Part shown: positions 37,960 through 49,781 of the stretch, in pieces | Layout: each line of letters begins with the position of its first letter | How positions within the stretch are numbered: position 1 is the stretch's first letter | Origin: Octopus bimaculoides | Taxonomy: Eukaryota | DNA: 64,000 bases | Direction: 5' to 3' | Assembly: GCF_001194135.2 (NCBI RefSeq) | Contig: NC_068987.1 | Coordinates: 81,718,751 to 81,782,750, forward strand | Position numbers and translations under genes: made by a program | The notes under the pieces: generated by a model | The model's database searches: none | The model's input: the letters and a program-made list of their open reading frames with translations, nothing else | What the model was told of the DNA's origin: nothing

Positions 37960-38850
37960 TCATCTCTATACAATCATATGCATGATAATTTGAATTTACT
38001 TTAGAATATGGATTCTGTGGTTGAATGGATTTTCCTGGAAGCTTGAAGATGAGTAGAAATGACATGAAGCACAGCCTCTCTTGGACACAAGACCACTACA
38101 TTACATCACACTTTGAAGGCTATGCATTTGCAATCCAAGAACAGGAGATTACCACAAAGTACCTGGTGAACAAGAGAGACAGTGACGCTCTTGTAATCAC
38201 AAGGTGCAACCACATCTGTGGGCTATGTCGTGTTTCTGTGGAAGACATTGCATATGTGATTAGCAGCTGTCTTAAAATGTCATCATGGTACTACCTCCCT
38301 ACGTGGCATGATGTTGTTGCTAAAACAATTTTCAATGCCCTCCGCAAAAAAAACTGTCCTGAAATAAACTTTAGAAATCCCTCTGTTGTGGAATACATTC
38401 ATAAACACCAACTCAAGGAATACTGGTGGAATATTCCCATCAAAACTTCTGTCAAATGTAAACATAACAGGCTGGATATTGTTGTTTGGGACAAAGAAAA
38501 ATAGGATATCAATGGACAACTGCTTCGAAAGCTCTAGCTTCTATATCCAGACTATGAATTCATATTCATATCAATAATAATTGGAGCACTGGATTTTGTT
38601 AGTAAATGCTTAAAGGAGAATCTGGATAAACTGGGATTTCCAGAAAGAGAAATCGACCGGCTGGTCTGTACATTACAAGTCCAATCTGTGAGTGGAACAG
38701 TAAATATATGCAAGACTTTTCTCAAGTTCCAAATGTGAATTTGTCTGTGTTAACTACATCCCAAACATGGAGCCTTGTATCTTTGTTAGAAACTGGCTCC
38801 TTCCTCAGTGGAAGATTTATAAAAATTAAGAAATAGAAGAGACATGGACA
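37960..38850 (+). mobile_element. R4/Dong-like non-LTR retrotransposon 3' part (zinc knuckle plus RLE endonuclease)
   Basis: EGYAFAIQEQEITTKYL..CGLCRVSVEDI..ISSC..WHDVVAK..HNRLDIVVWDK..IIIGALDFV..GTVNICKTFLKF*. Confidence 0.85.
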
Positions 38851-39098
38851 CACACACTCACATATACATGTATGTGTGTCCATCCATTTTACACCCATAA
38901 ATATGTACGTATCATCATCATCATCATTATCATCATCATCATTATCATCATTATTTAACATATATTTTCCATGATGGCAAGAGTTGGACAGTTTGACAGG
39001 AGCTGGGAAGCCAGAGAGCAGCACCGGGCTCCATTGTCTGTTTTGGCTATAGAAAGCATGCCAAAGTAGACATACATACACATGTACATACTTATACA

Positions 39099-39292
39099 TA
39101 GGCGCAGGAGTGGCTGTGTGGTAAGTAGCTTGCTTACCAACCACATGGTTCCGGGTTCATTCCCACTGCGTGGCACCTTAGGCAAGTGTCTTCTACTATA
39201 GCCTCGGGCCAACCAAAGCCTTGTGAGTGGATTTGGTAGACGGAAACTGAAAGAAGCCCGTCGTATATATATATGTGTATGTATGTGTATAT
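39099..39292 (+). mobile_element. CORE-like SINE 5' half, least diverged copy
   Basis: GGCGCAGGAGTGGCTGTGTGGTAAGTAGCTTGC...GGGTTCATTCCC...GGCACCTTAGGCAAGTGTC; CpGs retained. Confidence 0.9.
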
Positions 39293-39660
39293 NNNNNNNN
39301 NNNNNNNNNNNNNNNNNNNNNNNNNNNNNNNNNNNNNNNNNNNNNNNNNNNNNNNNNNNNNNNNNNNNNNNNNNNNNNNNNNNNNNNNNNNNNNNNNNNN
39401 NNNNNNNNNNNNNNNNNNNNNNNNNNNNNNNNNNNNNNNNNNNNNNNNNNNNNNNNNNNNNNNNNNNNNNNNNNNNNNNNNNNNNNNNNNNNNNNNNNNN
39501 NNNNNNNNNNNNNNNNNNNNNNNNNNNNNNNNNNNNNNNNNNNNNNNNNNNNNNNNNNNNNNNNNNNNNNNNNNNNNNNNNNNNNNNNNNNNNNNNNNNN
39601 NNNNNNNNNNNNNNNNNNNNNNNNNNNNNNNNNNNNNNNNNNNNNNNNNNNNNNNNNNNN

Positions 39661-39693
<33 letters not shown>

Positions 39694-39714
39694 ATACATA
39701 TATATATGCTTATA

Positions 39715-39757
39715 GATAGGTAGACAGATAGACAGACAGACAGACAGACAGTTAAAC

Positions 39758-39793
<36 letters not shown>

Positions 39794-39794
39794 T

Positions 39795-39830
<36 letters not shown>

Positions 39831-39910
39831 CATAGATAGGTAGATAGATAGATAAACAGATACATAGACAGATAGATAGATAGACAGACAGACTGACAGA
39901 TAGATAGATA
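39715..39910. repeat. (GATA/GACA)n microsatellite
   Basis: Direct. Confidence 0.95.
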
Positions 39911-39911
39911 T

Positions 39912-40128
39912 GTAGGGTGCTGAAAAGTTGTTGGCTTTGGGTAAAAAAAAATACGCAGAAGGATCAGTTAATTACAATTTTATTTCACATATTCCCCTAT
40001 AAGATTCACACACTTATTGCAGTAGTCCTTCAGTTTTACTAAGCCTTGTAAAAGTACCCGGAAGGTTGGGCCTCCATCCAGGCCTTTTATGATAACTTTA
40101 AAGCTACAGGCTTTTCAGCACTCCCTCC
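39912..40128. mobile_element. mariner-type MITE, decayed TIRs
   Basis: GGGTGCTGAAAAGTTGTTGGCTTT / AAAGCTACAGGCTTTTCAGCACTCCC. Confidence 0.65.
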
Positions 40129-40214
40129 TGTGTGTGTATGTGTGTGTGTGTGTGTGCGTGTGCATATGTGTATACATACATTCATATCTGTTTGTCTACC
40201 TATCTATCCAATAA

Positions 40215-40395
40215 TAGGAACCATGCCAAATCAGACTGGAGCCTGGTGCAGCTCCCCCAGCTGGCCAGCTTTGGTCAAACTGTCCAACCCATGCCAGCAT
40301 GGACAATGGACATTAAATGATGATGATGCTGATAAGGATGATGATGACTGTAACGATGACTACAATGACGATAATGACAACGGTGACGACGATGA
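40215..40395 (+). mobile_element. RTE-tailed SINE 3' part
   Basis: Family tail with (GAT/GAC)n. Confidence 0.75.
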
Positions 40396-40399
40396 TATA

Positions 40400-40447
<48 letters not shown>

Positions 40448-40539
40448 GCTGAGAAAAAAATACCTCAGGAATGTTACTTTCACCAACAGATTTTAAAAAC
40501 AAGTTCTATTCCAATCTGTATTGTTTATAGTGTATGGAA

Positions 40540-41090
40540 TTGCTATCAACTGTTTCTATAGGAGCCATTCCTTTTGGTTGCTGTTTTTATATTTCAAATG
40601 TTCCTTGAGGACATCTAGTCTACTAATTGCTTGAACAATCCTACTTGATCAAAGTTTTTATTTAACTCTATACATTGCATATTATGGGACTCTAGTGAGC
40701 TTTTTTTGTTTTTGTTTCTTCTGATCATACTAATGCTCCCATGTATATAGATATCTTGACTGTTATATTTTCCTGTTTCATTGTATTTAGTTTATTTTTC
40801 ATTTGCTAACCCCTGTTACATAAATATTATTCAATGATGTATGTTCTCAGGGTATTTACACTAACACTTTTCTTTTTAACGGTCTGCTACTGATATATTT
40901 GAATTATTTAATATTGTGCATCCATGAGAGATATTATCTCCAAACGAATATCGCAGTTAATTTGGCTTTTCATGATTTATTTGCTTTAAGCATGATACAC
41001 AGAGGGCTATTTCAATTTCATACTGCTTCTGTTGCACAAAACGGGTTTATTTCATATTTTTGACTCCCGATGGCATGGCGATTATTTTTA
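40540..41090 (-). mobile_element. Very old LINE RT remnant (RTE-like)
   Basis: Weak IISLMDAQY and KNFDQV (RxISL / KAFD-like) motifs in correct order. Confidence 0.35.
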
Positions 41091-41184
41091 AATGTTTCTC
41101 TTACAACAAACATAGTGAATAAAATATTTCTTGCTTCTGATTCAGTATACATACATACATACACACAATCTCATGTGTGTATAC

Positions 41185-41235
<51 letters not shown>

Positions 41236-42402
41236 TGTANNNNNNNNNNNNNNNNNNNNNNNNNNNNNNNNNNNNNNNNNNNNNNNNNNNNNNNNNNNNN
41301 NNNNNNNNNNNNNNNNNNNNNNNNNNNNNNNNNNNNNNNNNNNNNNNNNNNNNNNNNNNNNNNNNNNNNNNNNNNNNNNNNNNNNNNNNNNNNNNNNNNN
41401 NNNNNNNNNNNNNNNNNNNNNNNNNNNNNNNNNNNNNNNNNNNNNNNNNNNNNNNNNNNNNNNNNNNNNNNNNNNNNNNNNNNNNNNNNNNNNNNNNNNN
41501 NNNNNNNNNNNNNNNNNNNNNNNNNNNNNNNNNNNNNNNNNNNNNNNNNNNNNNNNNNNNNNNNNNNNNNNNNNNNNNNNNNNNNNNNNNNNNNNNNNNN
41601 NNNNNNNNNNNNNNNNNNNNNNNNNNNNNNNNNNNNNNNNNNNNNNNNNNNNNNNNNNNNNNNNNNNNNNNNNNNNNNNNNNNNNNNNNNNNNNNNNNNN
41701 NNNNNNNNNNNNNNNNNNNNNNNNNNNNNNNNNNNNNNNNNNNNNNNNNNNNNNNNNNNNNNNNNNNNNNNNNNNNNNNNNNNNNNNNNNNNNNNNNNNN
41801 NNNNNNNNNNNNNNNNNNNNNNNNNNNNNNNNNNNNNNNNNNNNNNNNNNNNNCTTTCCTAACATCAACCACTCAGCAGAGTGCTTTTTATGTGGCACAA
41901 GCACAGGCGAAGTGAATAGTGCTTTTTACATGGCAGAAGCACAGATGAGGTCAGTTTTGGCAACCACTTTACAGTGTGGACTTCATGCTTTTAAGTGGCA
42001 CCTGCACTGACAGGGTCAGCAAGTACTTTACAAGACAAAATCTTTTAAGAGGGTAGGAGGCATTGGAGAAGGTGATGATGAAAAGGTTATAGTGAGACAG
42101 ATACAGGTGTCTTGCTGTAAAGGAAGTACAAGGTTACCCGGCCAGAGAGAGAAAGATCAAGAATGAAGACAGAAACTGGTGTACTACCACATAGAAAATA
42201 CACAGTTGCCCAACCTGAGGGAAGTACAGGAGAAAGAGAGAGAGGGAAACTGCAGGTTGGAGATAGTGGCAAAATGCTGGGCATACTCACAAGGAACAGG
42301 AATCAATATATAAATGAGAGGGTTGAGTAAAAGAAGAGAGAGATGTAGATAGTGGCAAGTGTCAGGGCATACCCTTGCAGTTCAAATGCCATACACACAT
42401 AC

Positions 42403-42476
<74 letters not shown>

Positions 42477-42679
42477 TCAAAAATGGGAAGGCCAGTTTAT
42501 GAGATAACCTTAGGTTTCCCATCCATAAAGGGTTTAGCTTTATGGCATATCATCAGATCCCAAAGGCCTGTTAGCCTATGATCTCTTGAAAATATGGAGG
42601 GGGGAGATAGATAGATAAATAGATAGATAGATAGATAGATATGTACATACATACATACATACACACATATACATATATA

Positions 42680-42720
<41 letters not shown>

Positions 42721-44479
42721 GCACACACACACACACGTGTATGTGTATAGTATGTAAACAAGCCAGTTTTTCATTACCTGGCCTTAGCTGCTTACACGAT
42801 GTATATGTACATTGTAATATCAATATGCTACAGCATAGGTACATCTACCTATAGCATATCAGATATGCCAATAGCATAATAGCTAAGCCTGTCAACAGCA
42901 TAGCATAAATCTGCAGGATAGCTAAGCAACATTCATCAGACATTAACACAGTTTTACAAATATGAATATTGATACTTTACTTTCCCATTATTGACAGCCA
43001 AATTTTTTATTCAGTTAATGATTATTAAATAAACTATTACACTCATGAGATGAGTGTAATAATAGTTGTTTAGTAGACTTTCTGAATAATTATAACTGCC
43101 TCATAGAGAATTACAATGGCAAAGAATTCAGTAACTGTGTGATTGTTTCCTTCTGTGAAAGAATGTTTTGTCCAAAACATTTAATTTATATTTTTGCCCT
43201 TCAATCCATTCCATTTTCCAGTAAATTTTTATTGGTACTTCTCTCCTTGAGGTAGAGATAGCTATTTTGAAAGTACACCAATTAGCTAGTACATCCATTT
43301 CATGAATGTAATAGTATACTTACTAATGCTTTTGTAAATAAGAATTTACTTATCAATAGGAAAGTACCTGAATATTATTATCAGATGCTTGTATCTGCTT
43401 GGTGTGCAGACCCAAAATGGCCATCTTCAGAAAGTGTTTTTGAATCAGATGTTTGGTCCATCACTAGTGTTGTCTGTCATTGTGCAACATTCTATCACTT
43501 TTTAAGGTGTGTCAATAGATTTTCTATAGAATTCAAAGCCAGCACTGTAAGTTATTTCATAAACAAATGTGTCTTTGTAAACACTGCTACTGAAGATAGA
43601 AAATAGGTTTTGTGTGTATATGCATATTTTAAAGATTATTGTTCTCTCATCAGCACCTTATCCAACCTATAAGTTATTCACAAACATATTGTTTAAACAC
43701 CCACTAAATTTAGTATAGTGTAACATAACTGGATTGATCAATTTTGTATATTCAAACTCAATTTCTGGCTACTTGCATGTTTATTAGAATGCAGGAGATC
43801 CATGTTAGCACATATAAACAACGTCTGTATTATTCTTTTGGACATCTAGAAAATTGAGATGGTTGGCACCACGCTGAAGGAATGCAGAACATTAAGAGAA
43901 GCTTTAACTAAGACATATTGATGAACTTTTGAATCAGCACATTTATGTGTCAACCAGCACTTGTTTGATTAAAGGCTTGGATAGAGTTAATTTCGCACAG
44001 TGGATACAAACTGGTTTAAATGAGAAGCAGACTGAGCAGTCTCTTCTAGAATGGGCAGAGACGAAAGCTGTTCTGGAAAGGTTGGACGAAAATGAGATTA
44101 TTGAGTGCAGCTGACTGGACGACATGCGTTATTGACAGTATATTTTGGCATTGAAAACAAACACATATGCATGAGATGAAGAGAGAGATGAAGAAGAGAC
44201 AGAAAAACACTACATATATATACAATCATAACTAGATGCTCACACATATTGAAAGAGAGAAAGAGGAGGAAGAGACCAAGAGGAGCATTAAAATGTCTAT
44301 TGTCTAATAAGTCCGCATCAAATCAGCAATTCCAAATAGATGGAGCAAAATGTCTCCTACCCTGACTACATCACTTCTGCCATTCCTTCATTTCCATTTG
44401 TTGTTTCCTACAAGACTGGCTGTAAATCCATCACCTTATAATATTTCCTAGCAAAACATTACCTTGTTCTGTCTCACAT

Positions 44480-44700
44480 CCTTTGCCATTATTGCAAATA
44501 AAGAAACTACTGCTAGGGCAAAGATAATGGAAATGTAGCAAGCTGGCTGAATCCTTAGCATGCCAAAGATAATGCTTAGTGGCATCTCTTCCAGTTTTAC
44601 ATTCTAAGTTCAAATTACATTGAGGTTGATTTTGTCTTTCATTCTTTCTCAGCCGACGAAATAGGCACCAGTTGAGCACTTCGATCAATGTAATCAAGTG
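44480..44700 (-). mobile_element. Deu/Nin-domain-like SINE
   Basis: Reverse-complement family motifs. Confidence 0.7.
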
Positions 44701-44745
44701 GTTCTCTCCACCAAAATGTCATGCTTTGTGCTTATAGTAGAAAGT

Positions 44746-44764
44746 ATTATTATTATTATTATTA

Positions 44765-44822
<58 letters not shown>
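44746..44822. repeat. (ATT)n microsatellite
   Basis: Direct. Confidence 0.95.
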
Positions 44823-45370
44823 TACCCTGTGTGTGTATATGCAAAAGCAGGGTATTGTAATCACTCATCGACTTTGCCTTTCGTCTTTTCGGGGTCAATA
44901 AATTAAGTACCAGTTGCATACTGGGGTTGATCTAATTGACTGTCACACACCCCACAAATTTCAGGCTTTGTGCCTAGAGTAGAAAAGATTATTTGCTTGT
45001 CATGGTATGTGTGTGTTTCAGTGTAATGCTTTAAACAACCTTAACTATTGGATGAAATCAAATTATGTAAATAATGAAACTGGTTTGAAGAGATATACCA
45101 TATTTTATAACATAAAAGATGCACAGGCAGATTAGATGTACTCTAGTCTCAGCACCACATGTTCAGGAAAAGAAGTTTTTAGTGTATTAAAGCATGTAAT
45201 ATAGACCCAACTTTGCATATAGGTCCCAGGTTGATGTTTTGAGACATTTAGTGGGGGGATGGGGAGGGTAAAAGTCCACCTTATATACCAATCAAGGGAA
45301 ATATGAAAATTTATAGAATTGATAAAATAAAATTTCCACTGGTTCTGCTAGTTACTATTATTATTCTTAT

Positions 45371-45692
45371 GTGAAGGTGCATGGCTTAGTGGTTAGGACA
45401 TTCGGCTCATTATTGTAAGGTTGTGAGTTCAATTCCCGGCGACGCATTGAATCCTTGAACAAGACATTTTATTTCACGTTGCTCCAGTCCACTCAGCTGG
45501 CAAAAATGAGTAGTACCTGTATTTCAAAGGGCCAGCCTTGTCACACTCAGTGTCACACTGAATCTCCCTGAGAACTACGTTAAGGGTACACGTGTCTGTG
45601 GAGTGCTCAGCCACTTGCATGTTAATTTCATGAGCAGGCTGTTCTGTTGATCGTATCAGCTGGGACCCTCGTCGTCGTAACTGACAGAGCAC
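45371..45692 (+). mobile_element. Full-length tRNA-headed SINE (third family)
   Basis: TGGCTTAGTGGTTAGG (A box), GAGTTCAATTCCC (B box), CCTTGAACAAGACATTTTATTTCACGTTGCTCCAGTCCACTCAGCTG central domain; decayed copies at 24935, 48310, 57293. Confidence 0.85.
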
Positions 45693-45714
45693 TCCTTTAT
45701 TATTATTCTTATGA

Positions 45715-46140
45715 TAATCGACAGAATCATTAGAGTATCAGAAAAATGTCTTGTGGTATTGGTTCCAGCCCTTTATGTTCTGAGTTCAAATCCTGCTGAG
45801 GTCAACTTTATCTTTCATCCTTTTGGAATTGATAGGATAGAGTACCACTCAAGTACTGGGGTTAGTTTAATCAATTAAAACCTTCCCCTGAATTGTTGAT
45901 CTTGTACTTAAATTAGAAATGATTCTTATTAATGGCAGTGGATTAGAGATCAACAGAGCAATAAATGAATGAACTTGTGGTTTTTAGTTGTGTCGTCCCA
46001 CTTGGTTCTGAGTTGGATGATCTTGGGGATAATCCTTCTACAGTTGATAGAGTTAAGTGCCAGCCAAGTACTCTGATTAATACAATAAACTGCATTCGAC
46101 ACTCTCTTCATAGCTTTAAGTCTGTAGAAATAATAATTAA
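45715..46140 (+). mobile_element. Two tandem Deu/Nin-domain-like SINE copies
   Basis: TTCTGAGTT...GTACCA/GTGCCAG...TAGAAAT motifs occur twice in series. Confidence 0.65.
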
Positions 46141-46490
46141 TAATAAACTATCACCTCGCTCTTCTTAATTTTCAGCCTTATGCCTATGGAAATAATAATT
46201 AATAATTAATAAAAGTATTGCCCCCTCGCCATTTAATTTGTAGTCTTCTGTCTATAGAAATTATAATTAATAAACTATCACCCACTCCCCATTTAATTTG
46301 TGGCTTTATTACTATATAAATAATGATTAATAAACCATCACCCCTTCCCCTCATCAATTTGTGGCTTTATGTCTATAGAATAATTACTAATAAACTGTCA
46401 TCTTTCCCTCCTCTTGTCTTTAACAATAAATAAACTACTCTCCTTCTCTCCTCAATTGTGGTTATTGTGTCTATAGAAATAATAGCACTG
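46129..46490 (+). repeat. ~60-bp tandem array, about 6 units
   Basis: Units TAATAAACTATCACC..CCCC..TTAATTTGTGGCTTTATGTCTATAGAAA. Confidence 0.8.
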
Positions 46491-46645
46491 TTCAACAAAT
46501 TGTTTGTTTTTCATTTGAGATGAAGTTAGCCTTTTACAAATAAGTCATGGATGTTCATTCCTAACCAGTCTCTTGGCTTTTCCCTAACATGTCTACCTAT
46601 TGAACTGTGACAGTCTCTATTTTCCTCAATTTTATCAATATTTAA

Positions 46646-46845
46646 CCCTTTAGAATTCACATTACTTTGTCAAATGTAATGCTTATTTATTCACATTGTT
46701 TTGAATTAGTCATAGTTGTGAGATTTCTGCCACATGACTTTTTACTTTGGGAATTATATTGTAAGATAGGTTAGATTTGGCTGACTTGAAGGTAGAAGGA
46801 GGTAGAATATTTAGACCGGATATGACTGGTTTGAATGCTGATGGG
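46646..46845. mobile_element. piggyBac-type MITE, TTAA TSD
   Basis: TTAA|CCCTTTAGAATTCA ... TGAATGCTGATGGG|TTAA. Confidence 0.8.
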
Positions 46846-47039
46846 TTAAGTTGCATGAAATAACATTTTCAATAAAGTTGTTATTATTGTTTAAACTCAA
46901 ACACATTGATTAATTCATACATAATCGATTGTTATATCATTTTTATGTCACATATTAAATTAAATTCATATATAATGGAAGAATATATGCATTGTTAAAT
47001 GTGTTGTGAATCTGATTTTGCTCTTTTAAACACGGTCTG

Positions 47040-47480
47040 GGTCATTGTGATATAGCATTCAACAAGTCAGGTATCAGGCTTTCATTCCAAACTACCTGGT
47101 TTCATATTTCCATTGCATGAATATCTTGACGGAATTGTTCTCTTTTGTCATCGCTTATTGCTTCAAAAGCTTTTGAAGGGAAATCTAGAAGAGAATGTAA
47201 GAAGTGTACATTTAGTGACAACTGACAACCTATTTTCTTTTTGCAAGGTTACAAAGCAATTATCATCTCTGCCTTTACATGACGTATTCTTATTATTCTG
47301 CAGCAAGGTTTTTCATAGCAATTCATAAACCTGCCAGGCTTTTAATCACAATATATTGAAGGTTTATGCTGTTTAAGTTTTCTTTAAAACTTCCCTGATT
47401 TGCAGCCCCATAGAGAAATATCCTCTTTTAACCTTGACAATCTCACATTTAGTAATATTTTAGAGTTGTAAAGCAGTGAG
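47040..47480 (-). mobile_element. DNA transposase C-terminal remnant, tentatively CMC/Chapaev-type
   Basis: GLQIREVLK..LDFPSKAFEAISDDKREQFRQDIHAME..WN resembles the GPQIR..HLDFFP..SDEHGERFHQDI..MEKRY motif; superfamily assignment from memory. Confidence 0.55.
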
Positions 47481-47490
47481 CACACCAGGC

Positions 47491-47649
47491 AAAATAAATG
47501 CAGAATCAACCTTTCCATGAATCTCCTGGCATCAGAAAATGCATTCATTTGTAAAATACCAACTCTATTCACAAATTAAAAAGATGTGCATTTACAAATT
47601 AAGCTAGTCTCTGCTACCAGAAAGAGTCAAACAATTTCCAATTTTTGTT
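47491..47649. repeat. Left arm of 159-bp inverted repeat
   Basis: Reverse complement of 49045-49203, no indels, about 15 mismatches by eye. Confidence 0.9.
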
Positions 47650-49044
47650 GAATGCTAAGCAGCAATTTCATCCATCTTTGTGTTCTGAGTTCAAATCTTG
47701 CTGAGGTCAAGTTTGTTTTTCATCTCTTTGGGTCAATAGAATAAAGTAGATGTCAAGTTCTGAGATCGATGTAATTGACTTGTCCTCTCTCTTTAAAACT
47801 GCTGGACTTGAACCCTTGAACAAAGAACTGGTATCTCAATTAGGGGAAATATTGTGATCTTTGTCACTTACATGCCATTGAAACTGGGTAATGAGTCTTA
47901 TGAGTTCTGGGGCTGAAGAAAAATAAAAGATAAATAAAAAAAATTTTTAAACGTGTATAGATGGTCAAGATATCTTTTTAGGATCTCCTTAGTGTACAGG
48001 TTGGATTTTACTTATTCCTGGGACCCAGTGGCTGTCAATATTTACTCCATTATAATTCATTTAGCTTGTCTGTAAATCCTATTTGCATATCCATTATCAA
48101 GTTAATAACTTTGAGATTGCTTCAGGATTTTCTTTGATGAATGATGGTAGACATTCATAGCCAAAGAAAAATGATTCTGCATTTTCTTGCTGAATGACTT
48201 GCATAAGTGATTTATCGATAGTGATCAAATGTATGTGTTGTACACTAGCTTTCTTCTGCCATGAAATTGATGATGCCTGAACAGGTGCACAAGTGTACCA
48301 AATATCAGATGCCAAAGTGATCACAGAGTAGCGTGAGATGAAGTGTTTTGCTCAAGAACACAATACACTACTCAGACCAGAAATCGAAAGCTTGATCTTA
48401 CAATCATGATTACAACATCCTAACCCCTAGGCCACACTCCCTCAACATTGATAAATATGGTGTTGAATATTATCACATATTAGCTCTTCCTCGCCAGTTC
48501 CTGCCTGCCTGCCGCCCTCGCCGTCGTTGCTTCCATGGCCGTGGCCGCCGCCGCCGCCGCCGTCTTCGGTACAACATGAAAAACGGACGTTAAGCAATGA
48601 TGATGACACACATATTTATGATGTATCTGTGTTGTGAGTGTATAGTCTAGGTAGATAAACAGGTAGGTTATAGGTAATCAGTTTCACTCACAAGCACTGC
48701 TCAGCTCAGGGCTACAGTAAAATACATTTATCCAAGATGCCACACAATATGATTGAACCCATGATCATGTAGTTTCAAAGTAAACAACTTGACCACACAG
48801 CCCATACCTGCACATATGCAGTATTGGATAGCAATGCCAATTTAACTTTCACAAGCTCTGTACTTTGTAACTTAACTATTCCGATGTATAATGGCTGAGA
48901 TACTTATTTTTCAACTCAGTAGAGGGAAACAAATGGAATGAAATGCTTCACCAAAGAATATAACAGAACACTCAGGACAGGATTTGAACTCATAAAGAAG
49001 ATTGGGGGAGTATTCTTGTCTATAGTATTTGTTTATTTTAAACA

Positions 49045-49203
49045 AACAAATATTGAAAATTGCTTGATTCTCTCTAGTGGCAGAGACTAGCTTGCTTTGT
49101 AAATACACATCTTTTTAATTTGTGAGTAGAGCTGGTATTTTACAAGTGAATGCATTTTCTGATGCCAAGAGATTCATGGAAAGGTTGGTTCTGCATTTAT
49201 TTT
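49045..49203. repeat. Right arm of 159-bp inverted repeat
   Basis: See left arm. Confidence 0.9.
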
Positions 49204-49585
49204 CCAGCTTTAATCCAACCAAAATTAGATGCTTCCACTTAAGACACACTACACTGGATGCAATAGAATTACGAATCCTTCTGAATAAAATTGTGTAAAC
49301 AATGTATATTCCATTCACCTATTTTTATAGACACAGGAGACATAGCTATGATATGGTTAAGAAGTATACTGTACAGGCACATGGTTCCGAGTTCAATTAA
49401 CACCTTGGGATAGTTTCTTCAATAACTCCCAAAACTGTGAGTGAAACCTAGAGAATAGAAATTAAGCTGAAGCCTGTTATACATGTATGTATTCCTTGAT
49501 AATTAGAGGGTTACCTCTGTCCCTCTATCATACTGTAATCTCTTGGTTCCACTCCCTCTCTCATCTGAGAGTTAATTATCAGGCA

Positions 49586-49661
49586 ATATAATGTCCTAAA
49601 TATTGGGCCATATAATGTCCTAAATATCAGACCATATAATGTCCTAAATATTGGGCCATAG
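49586..49661. repeat. 24-bp tandem triplication
   Basis: ATATAATGTCCTAAATATTGGGCC x3, middle unit variant. Confidence 0.9.
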
Positions 49662-49781
49662 AATTAAAAACATGAAAACAATCCGTTAGAGATTAGTCAA
49701 TGAAAGAACTCCTTTTAATGATGCCAGTTCAGCTGGAGGAAATGATCTAATGTATCATCTTTTCATTTTGTGTGAAATATT

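Noticed and set aside
39099-39180. tRNA-like sequences with A and B boxes (also 45375-45445, 35365-35450)
   Set aside because: SINE heads: no complete cloverleaf, and each continues into a SINE body
46129-46490. Regularly spaced repeats superficially like a CRISPR array (also 62205-62325)
   Set aside because: Degenerate tandem units without unique spacers, no cas genes, eukaryotic context
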